A stretch of DNA of 62,527 nt, filler included, from 15 parts of 15 records of this genome joined end to end with filler, not necessarily neighbours in it; one strand, 5' to 3'. Positions 49,076 to 62,527 are shown, counted from the first letter of the whole stretch. The notes: generated by a model from the sequence alone, not told the origin. Numbers and translations: made by a program.

Positions 49076-49941
49076 TTATCTGGGCTTTGGCTTGCGCGAC
49101 TTGCTCTTGGCGCTCACTGGCGCGACCGTGGCATCGCCGGATGGTCTGGTAAAGAAGGCGGTAGGGCCGCTGCGCCGCTTCTTCCCGCTTCCGATCGCGC
49201 GTGCAGACGACACACGCACACCGGTTTTGGTGAGAAGATTCGCCTCGAAATCGGTGGCGGACTGTGACGGTTTGGGAGCGACAGAGGCGTCCTCTTGTAC
49301 CACCGTGGAAAAGTTCATGCTGTGGTGAGATGGACATGTGAGGTCAGAGTGCATAAATGAATGAGACAATCAGATACTCGGGGCTGCGCCCCACTCTATG
49401 AATGAGCAAGCAGCAAGGAGAAAGATGACCGTATCTACACCGGAGAGTACACGCACATAACGCACACAAGCAACATACGCTCGCTTCCGCTTGCCCAGCT
49501 GAGGCTTCTGAGTCGCAGACACTGTGGGAACCTCTTCTGCTTGCGGAAACGTGGTTTTCCGTCCTTTAGGAACAGTTTGCGCTCGCTCTGCGCGCGCCTT
49601 CGCTGCTGCCTCAATCACATCGAGTGGAAGCGGCTCAGGGATGACAGGTGCACTATCGAGCATTTCACTCTTCGCTTCCTGTTTCCTCTTTCTCTTTTCT
49701 TCGTTCTTTGCCTTTTTCTGTTTCCTCTTCTCAGCAGCGCTCTCCGCTTCCTACAAGTACATTGTTGACAATTGGAACCAAAGTACCAAATGCAACATAC
49801 CAATGCAGCCTCTCGCCGCTTTATCTTTTTCTCCTCCGCCTGCTTTTGTGAAGCTTTCCGTTCCACATCGCGTTGCTTTGATGCCCTGACGCGGGCAGTG
49901 GATGCGCTCACTTCCTCTGGTGCGCTATCCGACTCCGACAT
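49076..49941 (-). CDS. Charged nucleolar protein, Bud21/Utp16/NOL7-like, about 3 exons
   Basis: MSESDSAPEEVS, a Lys/Arg/Glu-rich coil, PEPLPLDVI and a basic tail. Confidence 0.55.
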
Positions 49942-50981
49942 TCTCGCGCTATACTAACTATCGAACAGTAAACAGCGACGTTCCTATTACACTGCACCAC
50001 AGCCCAACAAACTTCGCAGACCGGAGCTATGGAGTTGTCCCACAATAAGGGCCTCACTTTTCACCTACAAGCAGGTCCTTGCTCGCATGGTTCAAGTTTC
50101 ACGCCTAACGTACTGGGAACAGTGTTTTGCCTTGCGCGTGCTGTGCTGTCGCTGCTTTCGAGTGACGATGGTGCAGTGCGGGCGGTGGTCCTTGTCCTAA
50201 TTAAGTTAGGTTATATCCGAGGAGTAACTTCGCTTTCCCCGCGCTGCCGCATCCACGAGCGTAGGGGACGTGTTCCTCCAACATTCTTTCTTTACTCTTC
50301 TTCTCTTCAGGCTGAAAGCAAGCATCTTGCCAAAGAAAAAAAACACAGCAACGCTCTCACAATGTCTGTCAAGTTACGCTCACTCGGATTTTCAGTCTGC
50401 TTACACGGACGAAACAGATTCTCTGAAGCATTATCATGCTCATATTGTTCGAGTCGACGGACTCGTATTGTTATCTGTGGCCAGCTGTAAAGTCACATAT
50501 CAAACTGGCTTGTTAGCTTATTATTAGCGCGTAGCGTCGCTGGCAAGTGGAAAGTACGCCGAGTCAGACAGACCGCGCTGAGGTGAATCAGATTGAATCG
50601 CTCACGACACGATAATGTCACTGAGAGCGAATTGTTTTGTGAGATGCGAATAGATCATGACCGAAAGACGGGGTAAACCCCCGCGTTCTGAATCGCGCAA
50701 CGTCATCCGGACCAGCGATGTCCATCGCGGTGCATCTTTGCGGTCTTCATCGCTCGATCATGGAAGAAAGCTTGATATGCTTAAGAAACAGATGGATTCT
50801 GTTCACCGGTTGATATTTTCGGTTTTACTCTCTCCGATGTCTCACACCAACTGCACTGCTAGAGCGGAAGAACGAGTGTTTNNNNNNNNNNNNNNNNNNN
50901 NNNNNNNNNNNNNNNNNNNNNNNNNTTAATTAATTAANNNNNNNNNNNNNNNNNNNNNNNNNNNNNNNNNNNNNNNNNNNN

Positions 50982-53900
50982 AGAAGAAAAAAAACATTGT
51001 CTGGCGTTATGAGAATTTTTCACTGGAGTGGCAGTCCGCCATCACGCAGGCCATCAACTTGATCGGCGAACACAAACCCTCAATCCCGGCCCGGACAATG
51101 GCGGCGCTAGCCTGTATCGCGCAAAATGACAGCCAACAGTTGCTCGACGAAATCGTCCAACAAGAGGGGCTGGAATATGCGACTGAGGTGGTGATTGCAC
51201 GCCAGTTTATTGCGCGGTGTTATGAGAGTGATCCTCTGGTAGTGACATTGCAGTATCAGGACGAGGATTATGGCTATGGTTATCGCTCAGAAACCTATAA
51301 CGAATTCGATCTCCGACTGCGTAAGCATCTCTCTCTGGCAGAGGAAAGCTGCTGGCAGCGTTGCGCCGACAAACTCATTGCCGCACTACCAGGAATAAAC
51401 AAAGTTCGCCGCCCTTTTATTGCGCTGATCCTCCCGGAAAAACCAGAAATAGCCAATGAGTTGGTAGGCCTTGAATGCCCGCGAACTCATTTTCATTCTA
51501 AGGAGTGGTTAAAAGTTGTTGCTAATGACCCCACAGCGGTGAGAAAACTCGAACACTACTGGAGCCAGGATATATTTAGCGATCGAGAAGCCAGCTACAT
51601 GTCGCATGAAAACCACTTCGGCTACGCGGCCTGCGCCGCCCTTTTGCGCGAACAAGGACTGGCAGCCATTCCGCGCCTCGCGATGTATGCCCATAAAGAA
51701 GATTGCGGCAGTCTGCTGGTACAAATTAACCATCCGCAAGTCATCCGCACCTTGCTACTGGTGGCTGATAAAAACAAACCCAGCCTGCAACGTGTAGCTA
51801 AATACCATAAAAACTTCCCCCATGCGACGCTCGCCGCACTGGCAGAACTGCTGGCGTTAACAGAACCACCAGCCCGCCCTGGTTATCCAATCATCGAAGA
51901 CAAAAAGCTGCCTGCACAGCAAAAAGCACGCGATGAATACTGGCGTACGCTGTTACAAACGCTGATGGCATCGCAGCCACAACTGGCAGCAGAAGTGATG
52001 CCGTGGTTAAGTACTCAACCCCAGTCAGTGCTGAAGAGTTATTTATCGGCACCGCCCAAACCGGTTATTGATGGCACCGATAACAGCAATCTGCCAGAAA
52101 TCCTCGTTTCACCACCGTGGCGTAGTAAGAAAAAAATGACAGCTCCACGTCTTGATTTGGCACCGCTCGAATTAACTCCGCAAGTTTACTGGCAACCAGG
52201 CGAACAAGAGAGGCTTGCCGCCACTGAGCCTGCCCGTTATTTCAGCACGGAATCTCTTGCGCAACGCATGGAACAAAAAAGTGGACGAGTTGTATTACAG
52301 GAACTGGGTTTTGGGGATGATGTATGGCTGTTTCTGAATTATATACTCCCCGGAAAACTGGATGCTGCACGCAATTCACTCTTTGTTCAGTGGCATTACT
52401 ACCAGGGGCGGGTTGAAGAGATCCTGAATGGCTGGAACTCCCCGGAAGCACAATTAGCAGAACAGGCGCTCCGCAGCGGTCACATAGAAGCGTTAATTAA
52501 CATATGGGAAAATGACAACTACTCACATTATCGTCCGGAAAAGAGTGTCTGGAACCTGTATTTATTGGCACAGTTGCCGCGTGAGATGGCTTTGACCTTC
52601 TGGCTGCGTATCAATGAGAAAAAGCATCTGTTCGCGGGTGAGGACTATTTTCTCAGTATCCTCGGATTGGATGCGCTACCAGGTCTGCTGTTGGCTTTTT
52701 CACATCGTCCAAAAGAAACATTTCCGTTAATTTTAAATTTTGGCGCAACAGAACTGGCGCTGCCTGTTGCCCACGTCTGGCGACGTTTCGCGGCGCAGCG
52801 TGATCTGGCTCGCCAGTGGATTTTACAATGGCCGGAACATACGGCTAGTGCACTTATCCCTCTTGTCTTTACCAAACCCAGCGATAATAGCGAAGCCGCA
52901 TTACTTGCCCTGCGTTTACTGTACGAACAGGGACATGGCGAATTGCTACAAACCGTGGCAAACCGCTGGCAGCGTACAGATGTATGGTCTGCCCTGGAGC
53001 AGTTGCTTAAACAGGGTCCAATGGACATTTACCCGGCACGCATTCCAAAAGCCCCTGATTTCTGGCATCCGCAAATGTGGTCCAGGCCGCGCCTTATCAC
53101 TAATAATCAAACTGTTACCAATGACGCTCTGGAAATTATCGGCGAAATGCTGCGCTTTACCCAGGGGGGACGTTTTTATAGCGGGCTGGAACAACTGAAA
53201 ACGTTCTGCCAGCCACAAACGCTGGCAGCTTTTGCCTGGGATCTCTTCACTGCGTGGCAACAAGCTGGTGCCCCCGCAAAAGACAACTGGGCATTTCTGG
53301 CGTTAAGTCTCTTTGGTGACGAAAGCACGGCACGGGATCTGACGACACAGATCCTCGCCTGGCCACAAGAAGGCAAATCTGCCCGTGCTGTCAGCGGCCT
53401 GAACATCCTTACCCTGATGAATAATGATATGGCGCTGATACAGCTGCATCATATATCGCAACGGGCTAAATCCCGCCCTTACGTGATAACGCGGCGGAAT
53501 TTCTTCAGGTGGTCGCAGAAAATCGCGGGCTAAGCCAGGAAGAGCTAGCGGACAGATTAGTCCCAACCCTGGGCCTTGATGATCCGCAGGCGTTGAGTTT
53601 TGATTTTGGTCCCCGGCAGTTTACCGTTCGCTTCGATGAAAATCTCAACCCGGTTATCTTTGATCAGCAAAACGTTCGCCAGAAAAGCGTTCCCCGTTTG
53701 CGCGCCGATGACGATCAACTGAAAGCGCCCGAGGCACTGGCCCGACTAAAAGGGCTAAAAAAAGATGCTACTCAGGTGAGCAAAAACCTGCTCCCGCGTC
53801 TTGAAACGGCCCTACGTACCACCCGACGCTGGTCGCTGGCAGATTTTCATTCTCTGTTTGTTAATCATCCCTTTACCCGTCTGGTTACCCAGCGATTAAT

Positions 53901-54450
53901 ATGGGGGGTTTATCCGGCAAATGAACCGCGTTGTTTACTCAAAGCCTTTCGTGTGGCCGCAGAGGGGGAGTTCTGCAATGCGCAAGATGAGCCAATTGAC
54001 CTGCCTGCGGACGCTCTGATTGGCATTGCCCACCCGTTAGAAATGACAGCAGAAATGCGCAGTGAATTTGCACAGCTTTTTGCCGATTACGAAATTATGC
54101 CGCCTTTTCGCCAGTTGTCGCGCCGCACGGTGCTGCTCACACCTGACGAGTCAACCAGTAACAGCCTGACTCGCTGGGAAGGTAAATCCGCTACCGTTGG
54201 GCAACTTATGGGAATGCGATACAAAGGCTGGGAGTCAGGCTATGAGGACGCATTTGTCTATAACCTGGGTGAGTACCGGCTGGTCCTTAAGTTTTCACCC
54301 GGTTTTAACCACTACAATGTTGATAGCAAAGCGCTAATGAGCTTCCGTTCTCTTCGAGTGTACCGTGACAATAAATCCGTCACTTTTGCCGAACTTGATG
54401 TGTTTGATTTGAGTGAGGCGTTAAGCGCACCTGACGTCATTTTCCATTAA
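50982..54450 (+). CDS. yehI: YehI (DUF4132 protein), 5'-partial, with a 1-nt frameshift at about 53476-53478
   Basis: ORFs 51059..53533 and 53509..54450 join into a continuous AKSRPLRDNAAEFLQVVAENRGLSQEELADRLVP if one C is added to CCC at 53476-53478. Confidence 0.9.
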
Positions 54451-54510
54451 AACACAGCGGGCAGTGATGCAACTGCCCGTTATCAACACGACTTACCAGC
54501 GGGGAAAGCG

Positions 54511-54754
54511 ATGATCGTGCAAAAAGAGCTGGTTGCTATTTACGATTATGAGGTCCCTGTACCTGAAGATCCGTTTTCCTTCAGACTTGAGATCCATAAA
54601 TGCTCTGAATTATTTACAGGTTCCGTCTATCGACTGGAGCGATTCCGGCTACGTCCAACATTTCATCAACGTGATCGAGAAGATGCTGACCCGCTAATAA
54701 ATGATGCGTTGATTTATATAAGAGATGAGTGTATTGATGAGCGGAAATTACGAG
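54511..54754 (+). CDS. yehK: Uncharacterised protein YehK, 3'-partial
   Basis: MIVQKELVAIYDYEVPVPEDPF directly after yehI. Confidence 0.85.
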
Positions 54755-54854
54755 NNNNNNNNNNNNNNNNNNNNNNNNNNNNNNNNNNNNNNNNNNNNTT
54801 AATTAATTAANNNNNNNNNNNNNNNNNNNNNNNNNNNNNNNNNNNNNNNNNNNN

Positions 54855-57800
54855 CGGTCGGAGGCGCAGTCGACACCGCGGATGCTGTGGTGGCTGCACC
54901 AGCCGTTAGCATGACTCCCGTTTGCAAGTGCTGCTGAGAGGTGGACAACGTGTGTGTGCGTGGGAGCGGGCTTGCATGGTGCTGTGGGTGAAGCAGGTCC
55001 CGGGCCGAGTTGGTTGGTGTCAGGTTCTCACGGCTCATGACCGTGGGCAGCAGCATATCAAACGTACTGCCCGCACTCAGAAACGGCTCCCGGCTGTTAT
55101 GCAGCATCTGCGCGTCCTGCGGTGGAACGGGTAGGTTGGTCCCAGTGGGGGGCCGCGATCGGCTGTGTGTGTGCATCATGAGAGAGGAGGTCCGAAGACG
55201 GGGGGAGGGGAGTGGTGTGTGTAGCGGCGTATGCCCCATAAGAGGTGTCAGATTCCCCGGAGTGATGCTTGGGCTGGGGCGAACGCTTCCGTGGCGCAGC
55301 ATCGGGGTCGATTCGAGGCTGTGTGCGTGGTCGCTGGAGTGCGTGGGGTGGGTGCTGGTGGTGGTGGTGGAGCTATCGCCGTGTCCGCCGTATTTGATCA
55401 TGAGATAGAGGAGGAAGAAGGGATGGATGAAGCAGGCCAGGAGTCCGGCCATGGACATGAAAAGTACGATGATGTGTTGTCCTGCAGTGAGAGACAGAGA
55501 GAGAGAGGGAGGATGTCAGAGAGAAGGAAAAGGCAGTAATGCGGGATAAGGGAGATGTAGCAAGTAGACCAAACTACCCACAAACACGTATGAGACTGCG
55601 CACACATGCATGAGCATAGACGGATCTGGACATATACGGTGGGAGAAAGTAGAACAGAGCTTACTCATTACACACCACACGAGCTACAGAAGACGGTCAC
55701 ACGAACACACACGAGAAACGCAACACGCTCTCGTCCCTGCTCATCTCCGTTGATATCACATTAATCCACCAGCCACCACGTTTGACACAATCGACGCACT
55801 CATAACAAAGACACGTATCGCACCTCCGTAGCAGGCAATTCCTTGATCCTCAACTAGCAAGGTTTCTGTGCCAAAATTCATGCACAGAATACCGCGCAGG
55901 CACATCTCTACCACGAAGGGGTACAAAAGGGCAATCTAATCAAATACGCACACATGCACGGGCGTCCATGCCACGCACATGCGTTAGATCCAGTGTGTAA
56001 GGAAAAACAACAACAACAACTAGACAGGATTCACTGTGCAATCTGGCCGTGCATACAGAGAGACCCACATTTCTTCAAATACACCACATGCGGACGCCCA
56101 CATACGCCATACATCTGCACAGTTACGAAAGCAAACTAGATGAGTACGAGTTTTGAGTACCTGCATCAGAACAATGCGGTACATGCGCTGCTCGTAAAAC
56201 GTAGCCAGAGCCGAAGGTGTCATGCCCCGTTTGCCCTTCTTCCGTTGGCGATACGAATCAACCTGCACATCACGTTTGCAGATTAGCTGGAGGAAATACT
56301 TCACTCGCATAGCCACAGCCACCCCCAAAAGGAGCGAAACAAGACATTGGAGAGGTTCTATTGCCAGCAAATCGAAGGAGAGAAATTGTTCACAGCCGTG
56401 ACTTATAGCATCAGACTGCACACACACATACATCAATATATCAAGATCTGAGTATATATAAGAGCGAAAACACATACCCGCCAGACGGTTACCGTCACCA
56501 AGGGCGTCATCAGCAAGAACAGCGCCGCAAAGATGAAAAACGTGTAGAACGTCGTATCGAAAGCGATGTGTCGCGCGTCCTGCAGCCAGCACGACAGATA
56601 TGCGAATTCCGAACTCAAACCCGCCATGTATGCCAACCACTGCACCGGGGGATCCAGCCACGCAGGTACGTCTGTTTGTGTGGGGATTTTGAGGTAACCC
56701 GGCAGTGCGACGGTGTACAGGCCCCCAACGAGGGCGATGCTGGAGAAGATGAACTCCTGCGCAATTTTTTTTAACGAAGATCATGAGACAACGAGAGGAA
56801 CAGAGCTTGAAAACCGCGTAACATGAGCAATACCAGCCGTGTAAGCTTGCACCAACACAACACGAACGCACACACATAGTCGGGCGCGTACCAAGTGAAT
56901 CAGGTTCACATCGGAAGCTATCAGCACAAAAATCATGCAGCCGATCAGAATGGCGAGGAAGATGGAGCGACTGACAAACGTATCATCACACAGTTTGCAT
57001 GTGCCATGCTCGCGGTATCTACGGACGATGCAAAAAAACAATTACACACATGCGCATCTTTGGCTACTACGAATAGATATGCAATCCCGAGTGCAAAAAA
57101 ACACGTATTATACATTGTTTCACGACACGTAACAAAACGCGGTGCTCCAAATACACGCAATACAAACAAACAAAGAAAACATACAGCTTCAGCAGCGCAT
57201 ATCTACTTCCACCCACTTCCAAAACAGCACACAACGCCCACGCCCCCTCCTCACGCGCACACATACGTCATGGGAGCAGCAATACACTGGCTACAGTAGG
57301 GCCCCGTTTGATACGAATAACAAGCTGAATGTCGACCGCCCAGACATCGTTTGGCAGGGACACATGCCACCACCGCAGGACTCGCTACACAGACGCAAAA
57401 ATGATTCGAAGAAGATGAGTTAAACAGCGAAGACCGAGAGAAGGGAAAAGATGTGAAAGGTCACGCAGAGCCATGGTCACCTGTAGCGCACAAACGCTCA
57501 CAACAGCACTTATGCATCGACAAAGAAACACCGGTTTGTGATCAAAAGATGATTTTTAAACATAGTGCACGTACTTTCGTTCACATTCCAGTAGCCAGGC
57601 ATAGGCCACACACGATCCCCACCGGGGCAGTACGCTCCCTCAATGAGAGAACACAACACACACGTGTTGGTTGCTGCCACGTAACGTACTCCCTCAAACG
57701 CGCATTGGTCTGCGTAAAAGACAATGGAGTCGTTCTTTAGGTACGCCCCGCTGGATCCGTGGTAGATGGTCAGATTGCGATAGCCCATGACGGATGTCGC

Positions 57801-58052
57801 TGGTATTCGCACAGTAACATTACAGTGTTTGCTATATAGGCATGTATATGCATAGGTGGCAGATGTTGAGCCAATTTTGACAGAGGTGATGTTGGTGATG
57901 TAATCGAGGACCAGAGTCAAGTTACCCCCCGACGGTGGGTAAACCAGTGGATGTGCTGACTGAAACCCGCTGGAGGCAGCGGACGGCCCACATGCGCACA
58001 ATCCCACGCAGATCAACCAGACAGCGATCAGCACCCCGTCCCTAGGTTTCAT
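54855..58052 (-). CDS. Secretory multi-pass membrane protein: signal peptide, IPT/TIG-like domain, Cys-rich module, several TM helices and a Ser/Thr/Pro-rich tail; 3'-partial
   Basis: MKPRDGVLIAVWLICVGLCACG; PLVYPPSGGNLTLV...VKIG...VTVRIPA; CVLCSLIEGAYCPGGDRVWPMPGYW; hydrophobic exons at about 56.9, 56.5 and 55.4 kb. Confidence 0.7.
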
Positions 58053-58296
58053 ATCAAATGCATGTCATTGCGGTTCTCAGCCCTGTCTTCTTGTGCGCAG
58101 TCTCGTAAACATAGAAAGGTTGCCGCGGGATTGTGAGTGAGGATTTTCCACATCTCTCTGCCGACCGCTGTCAGATAAAAAACCGCGCTGTCAGGCACGC
58201 GTTTAAAACCCGACTGGGTCCATTCCTTTCAGCTTGGGCATCGCGGCCCATTTGCGCAAGTTATAATAATCTGGAGTGTGTTTGGTAAGTGTCGCC

Positions 58297-60280
58297 ATGG
58301 CCGCGGTCGCCGGTGTAGAGTATGATGATCTCATTTTTCAAGATCAACCAATGTGCCTGGAGTTCCACCCTCACAACGATGTTATCGCAACTGGATTGAT
58401 CACCGGCAGAATCAGCGTGTGCGTATTTGATTGCACTGTGCGTTCATCCACGTTGTGTACTCAACTTCTGCTCCAGTTCGTTGTATACGCCACAAGGCCA
58501 TCAAAGTGTGCACCAGCTTGATATACTGCAAGATTCCTGCCGCGATATCAAATTTGATGCCAGTGGTCAATGTATGTTCATTCCCTGATTGCGTCGTATT
58601 CTCATTCGTGACTGTAGTTTTATATGCGGCTTCAACGGACAAGAGTCTCACGGCCATTGATCTGAACACGGGTCAAGTTGTTGCACGACAAGAATCAGCG
58701 CATGAGTATGTGTGCTGTGTTGTGCCCGTGTGTCGTTCTATTATGATGTTATGCAGCAGCAGCGCTTGATGCGTTGATTTTCTGGCACCTTGCTGTTGGT
58801 GGTTGTGGAATGGCCTGCTGTGATCTTTGGTTCGCCGGTTTCTTTGTGTTGTTTTGTTGATGAAATGTGCAGTGCCGCTCTGAACTGCCTCAAACGATTG
58901 GATGCCACCACATTAGTTACCGGCGACGATGATGGCGTGATTAAGGTAACAGACACCGCGGTGGATGTATTTCTCAGCCTCTGTGTATCTCTCTCTCCCT
59001 CTGCTTGTCTTATTGTCACGCTTGTGTGTATCTTTTCCTTTGTGCTTTGGACATGTCTCGCGTGGTGGCGGCATCCACTGATTTCCTTTGTCATCTCGCT
59101 TCTTTGGTTTGCATGCGCCATCGTTTGTATGTACGTTCTCTGTGACTCACTATGTGCACGCACACAGCTGTGGGACGTTCGTCGCAAGGGTTGCACGATG
59201 ACGTTCCGCGAAAACGAGGATTACATCTCAGACATGGCCCCCGGAAAGGACGGCCGCTTGTTGCTTGTCACCAGTGGCGACGGTACATTGGTGGTACTTG
59301 ATCTGGTAAAAGGCAAGCTAGAAGCGGCCAGCGACAATCAGGAAGACGAGCTGTTGTCCATCGTGATCTTGAAGGTATTGTCATGCGTTGGATGTGTGGT
59401 TTGTGTTGCACTGGATGCAAGTGGTTGTATGGTAGCGTTCTGCCCGTGTTCTGTTTGTGAGGGGGAGGCCCATGTTGTTCATAGTCCTATTGTGTCTTAT
59501 ATTCTTCGCCCCCGTTCGCTTTTGCATGCGTGTGCTTCTCTCTCCCTCGCACACTGTACTTACTCACTCACTCACTCGCTCGCTCACTCACCCTCTACGC
59601 TGCAACAACAGAACGGCAAGAAAGTGCTGATCGGCACACAGGAAGGCGTGTTGGAAATATTCAACTGGGACTGGTGGGGCGACATGAAAGACCGCATTGT
59701 CGGACACCCGTCCTCGATCGATGCCATGGTGTTACTCGACCAAGACACGGTGCTCACGGGATCCAGCGACGGCCTCATTCGCATCGTGCAGGTGCTGCCG
59801 AATAAATTACTAGGGGTGGTGGGGGACCACGAAGAGTTCCCCATTGAGCGCCTGGCCTTGGATCGCACGGGTAACGTGCTTGGATCGTGCTCGCATGACA
59901 ACTGCGTCAAGTTTTGGGATATCGCGTTTCTGCGCGACACCGCGGAGGGCGACGATGATGATGATGAGGACGAGAACGAACAAGATGAAGCAGGCAGTGA
60001 ATCGATGTCCACCGCGTTCACTGCCACCACGGGCAGTGTGTTACCGGAGCCGCCGCGTCCGCGCAAGCAACGGGACAGTCGCATGAAGGGGTCGGCGGAC
60101 CAGCCGAGCACTGCGGCTGATACGGACTCTGACTCGTTCACGGATACTTCCGATGATGATGATGATGACGATGATGACGATGAGGACAGTGGGAGTGCGC
60201 GACCGCGGGGCAGGAGACAACCGCCGCCGTCGCAACCGCAGCGCAAGGGGAAGAAAGCCAGCTTTTTCGATGATTTGTAG
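58297..60280 (+). CDS. WDR55: WD repeat protein 55 / Jip5 (ribosome biogenesis), multi-exon
   Basis: LEFHPHNDVIATGLITG, LVTGDDDGVIK|LWDVR, ENEDYISDM, TSGDGTL, SDNQEDELLS, LLGVVGDHEEFPIE, acidic tail ending SFFDDL. Confidence 0.92.
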
Positions 60281-60781
60281 AGGTCGTGTGTGTGTGCATG
60301 TTTTTTCTTGTGTGGGTATATGTGTGTATGGGGTCGCGTGTACGTGCGTGCGTGGATGCACTACGTGAGGATGGGTATCAGTTTTGGATGGGGGACGGTT
60401 TGTATGAAGCATCCACCATATATCATATCCTCTATAGTAGTTACGTGCAGACTCCGCCTTTGTGTGGGCTTCCGTTGTATGTGTACACGGGTTAATGACT
60501 GCTACCAATACAACACAGGATGCGCGCGCCAACACTGATACTATCGTTCAAGCTATGAAATGGTGGTTTAAGATGCTCATATGCCTGCACCTGCACGTAT
60601 GTACGTAGTTCATACCTGCTTTCGAGCGTCTGATTGGTCGACGCTGGCTGTTTGGAAAGTTTCGCGTGGCGCTACTCTGTGGGGTCTTGCGGCGCTGAAG
60701 CCATTTTCACGCACTTTCAAACACACGTGTGCGTCCTTCCCGCCACCGCGGTTCAGTTTTGATTTAGGCGACACTGAATGC

Positions 60782-62527
60782 ATGGACGCTGAGATCGGCA
60801 TTTCGCCGGAAGCCATATCCAATGCGTGGTTTCCTTCGACGTCGCGGGCGGCGCGCTTTGGTGGGTTTGGGACGACAGACGGGGTTGCGCATCTTGCCTA
60901 TTTCCTTGATGCCAATCTCGTAACAGTGGTTGATACTACGTCGAATCAAGTCGTGACCACGTATCGGGCCGTGTCTGAGCATGGTGCTGTACGCATACGT
61001 TGCTCATAATCTTGCTATGCTCCTCGTTCTCATTTCTCTCTTCCGCAGGTGGACATTCAATTCGTCCGCATCATGGAATTTCGGAGTGAACGATTGTTGC
61101 TGGTCAGCTGCGACATGCCCGACAGATCCGGTGAACTGCGCATTCTTCGTCTGGGTGCAAATGAGCCACTGCACACAGTCAGGGCTCCATCGCACATCAC
61201 AGCTTTTGCGTTCCTGGGTCAAGTGGTATGTGCCTATGTGTTTTGTGCCCGTACGATGTGTGTACCCTTGGCGTTCATTCTCGTTCATTCTGTGGTTTGC
61301 GAGGGAGGCTTGATATGTGTATCGATGTGTGCGCGGGGATAGTGCATACGTGTGTGTGTGTGTTAACATGCTGTTCGTGTGTGCGCGTGCGTGTCTGTGT
61401 GTTTGTAGGAGATGAGCCGCAGAAGACACACATGGATGCATCAGAAGCACGTGGCTGCCATCGGATGCGAGAACGCGCTGGTCTACCTGTTCGACTTTGC
61501 TTTTGAGGTGCGTAAAGTTTATGTATGTGTTTCTGTTTCTGTATCTTTTCTGTGCGTATTTAGTGCCCAACACATTTTCATGCTTGTATGTATCTGCCCT
61601 TCGTGCATTGCTGTCACGAACCATGGGTGCCTCTGGTTCGGGGTCCCTTCTATCAGACAATAACATCCCGCGACGAGGTCCGCTCTCATGAACCTGAAAA
61701 CTCATCCACTCATTCTGCAAAACTAACACACAACACACAGGGCGCGCTGCTGGATGTTTCGCGGTCCATGGAGCTCGTGATGTGCCTCAACGCGGAGGCA
61801 CACCCCCACCCCCGCCTCTTCATCTACAACAACAGTGACCCGCCCGCCAGTGCGCCCGTTCGATTGGCCGTCATCCCCTCACAACACAGCCATCGTGATA
61901 GCTCCGTGTATCCGCCCGTGCTCAGCAACACCACACCGTCCGATTGTTTTGTGGCAGTGACGGCGCTGGCGTTTGTGGCGCCCGCTGCGATGGAGGGCGA
62001 GGCGTGGTTGGCGGTGGGGTTTGGGTTCGGGTCGTTTCAGTTGTTTTCGTGTTCGCTGCTGCAACGCGTGTACGGGTCGCCGATGGGTACGTGTCATTGT
62101 TCGTTTGTGTGTTGGTGTGAGTGTTTGTGTGTATGTGTGGTTGTGCGTCTGTGTTTGTGTGTGTATGTAATGAAAGGATGTTCGGTCGCAAAGGTACTCA
62201 TGTTTCTGCTCGTGAGTATGCATCAAGTCTCGTTTCTAGTATCGGTCGTCCGAACAATTTTCTCTCTCTGTGTCTGTGTGTGCATTTACATGTCTGTGCG
62301 TGCGTGTAGAGCCGAGCTGTGCAGCTGTCTCGCACTTTGCGTTTCATGAGATGGAGGAGGACACACACAGAGGGTGTCTGTGGGTCGCACGCGCAGACGT
62401 CGGCCCCGTCGCAGGGTGCGTTGTGTGTTTGGTGGGTTTGCGTGCGTGCGTATTTATATATATGTGTGTGTTGTGTGTGTGTTACTGATGAGCGTATGCC
62501 CCGCACGTGTGAGCCAGTGCTCCTGTT
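60782..62527 (+). CDS. Beta-propeller protein resembling the N-terminal domain of nucleoporin ELYS/AHCTF1, multi-exon, 3'-partial
   Basis: VAAIGCENALVYLFDF; AVTALAFV...LAVGFGFGSFQLFSCSLLQRVY...AVSHFAFHEMEEDTHRGCLWVAR parallels ELYS AVSTLSYI...[22 protein letters not shown]...[22 protein letters not shown]. Confidence 0.6.

Noticed and set aside
59584-60246. Long antisense ORFs over WDR55, SPT16, DRC5 and the E. coli genes
   Set aside because: Shadow frames of GC-rich coding sequence with no independent motif support.

Overview
This window is not one biological locus. It is a pseudomolecule of 15 contigs joined by 14 identical 100-nt spacers (44 N + TTAATTAATTAA + 44 N). Six contigs are Escherichia coli of K-12 type: crl-frsA-gpt-pepD-prfH-ykfJ; aspV-yafT-ykfM-yafU; lysR-lysA-galR-omrB-omrA-aas-lplT; oppCBA with an IS1 end; yjgR-idnRTOD; yehI-yehK. 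These are probably food bacterium or cloning host. Nine contigs come from an unidentified, gene-dense, intron-containing, flagellated microbial eukaryote with GT-AG introns that are often UG-rich. Its genes include DRC5/TCTE1, RPL21, WDR75-like, F-box/WD40, a RING-B-box-B-box-coiled-coil (TRIM-like) gene, midasin, SPT16, a U-box gene, WDR55 and an ELYS-like propeller. Manual splicing reveals three genes that the ORF track does not show intact. The first is a PBX-like homeobox gene (1344-2099, minus) lying head-to-head, with start codons 203 bp apart, with a TALE homeobox gene (2303-2986, plus). This layout resembles fungal HD1/HD2 mating-type loci. The second is an RWP-RK transcription factor (10373-11496, minus) and the third is an Sfr1/Mei5 homologue (12448-13439). 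The homeobox pair is the best candidate for an undescribed system, possibly a mating-type or life-cycle switch. All family assignments come from recalled motifs, not database searches, and eukaryotic exon boundaries are manual predictions.
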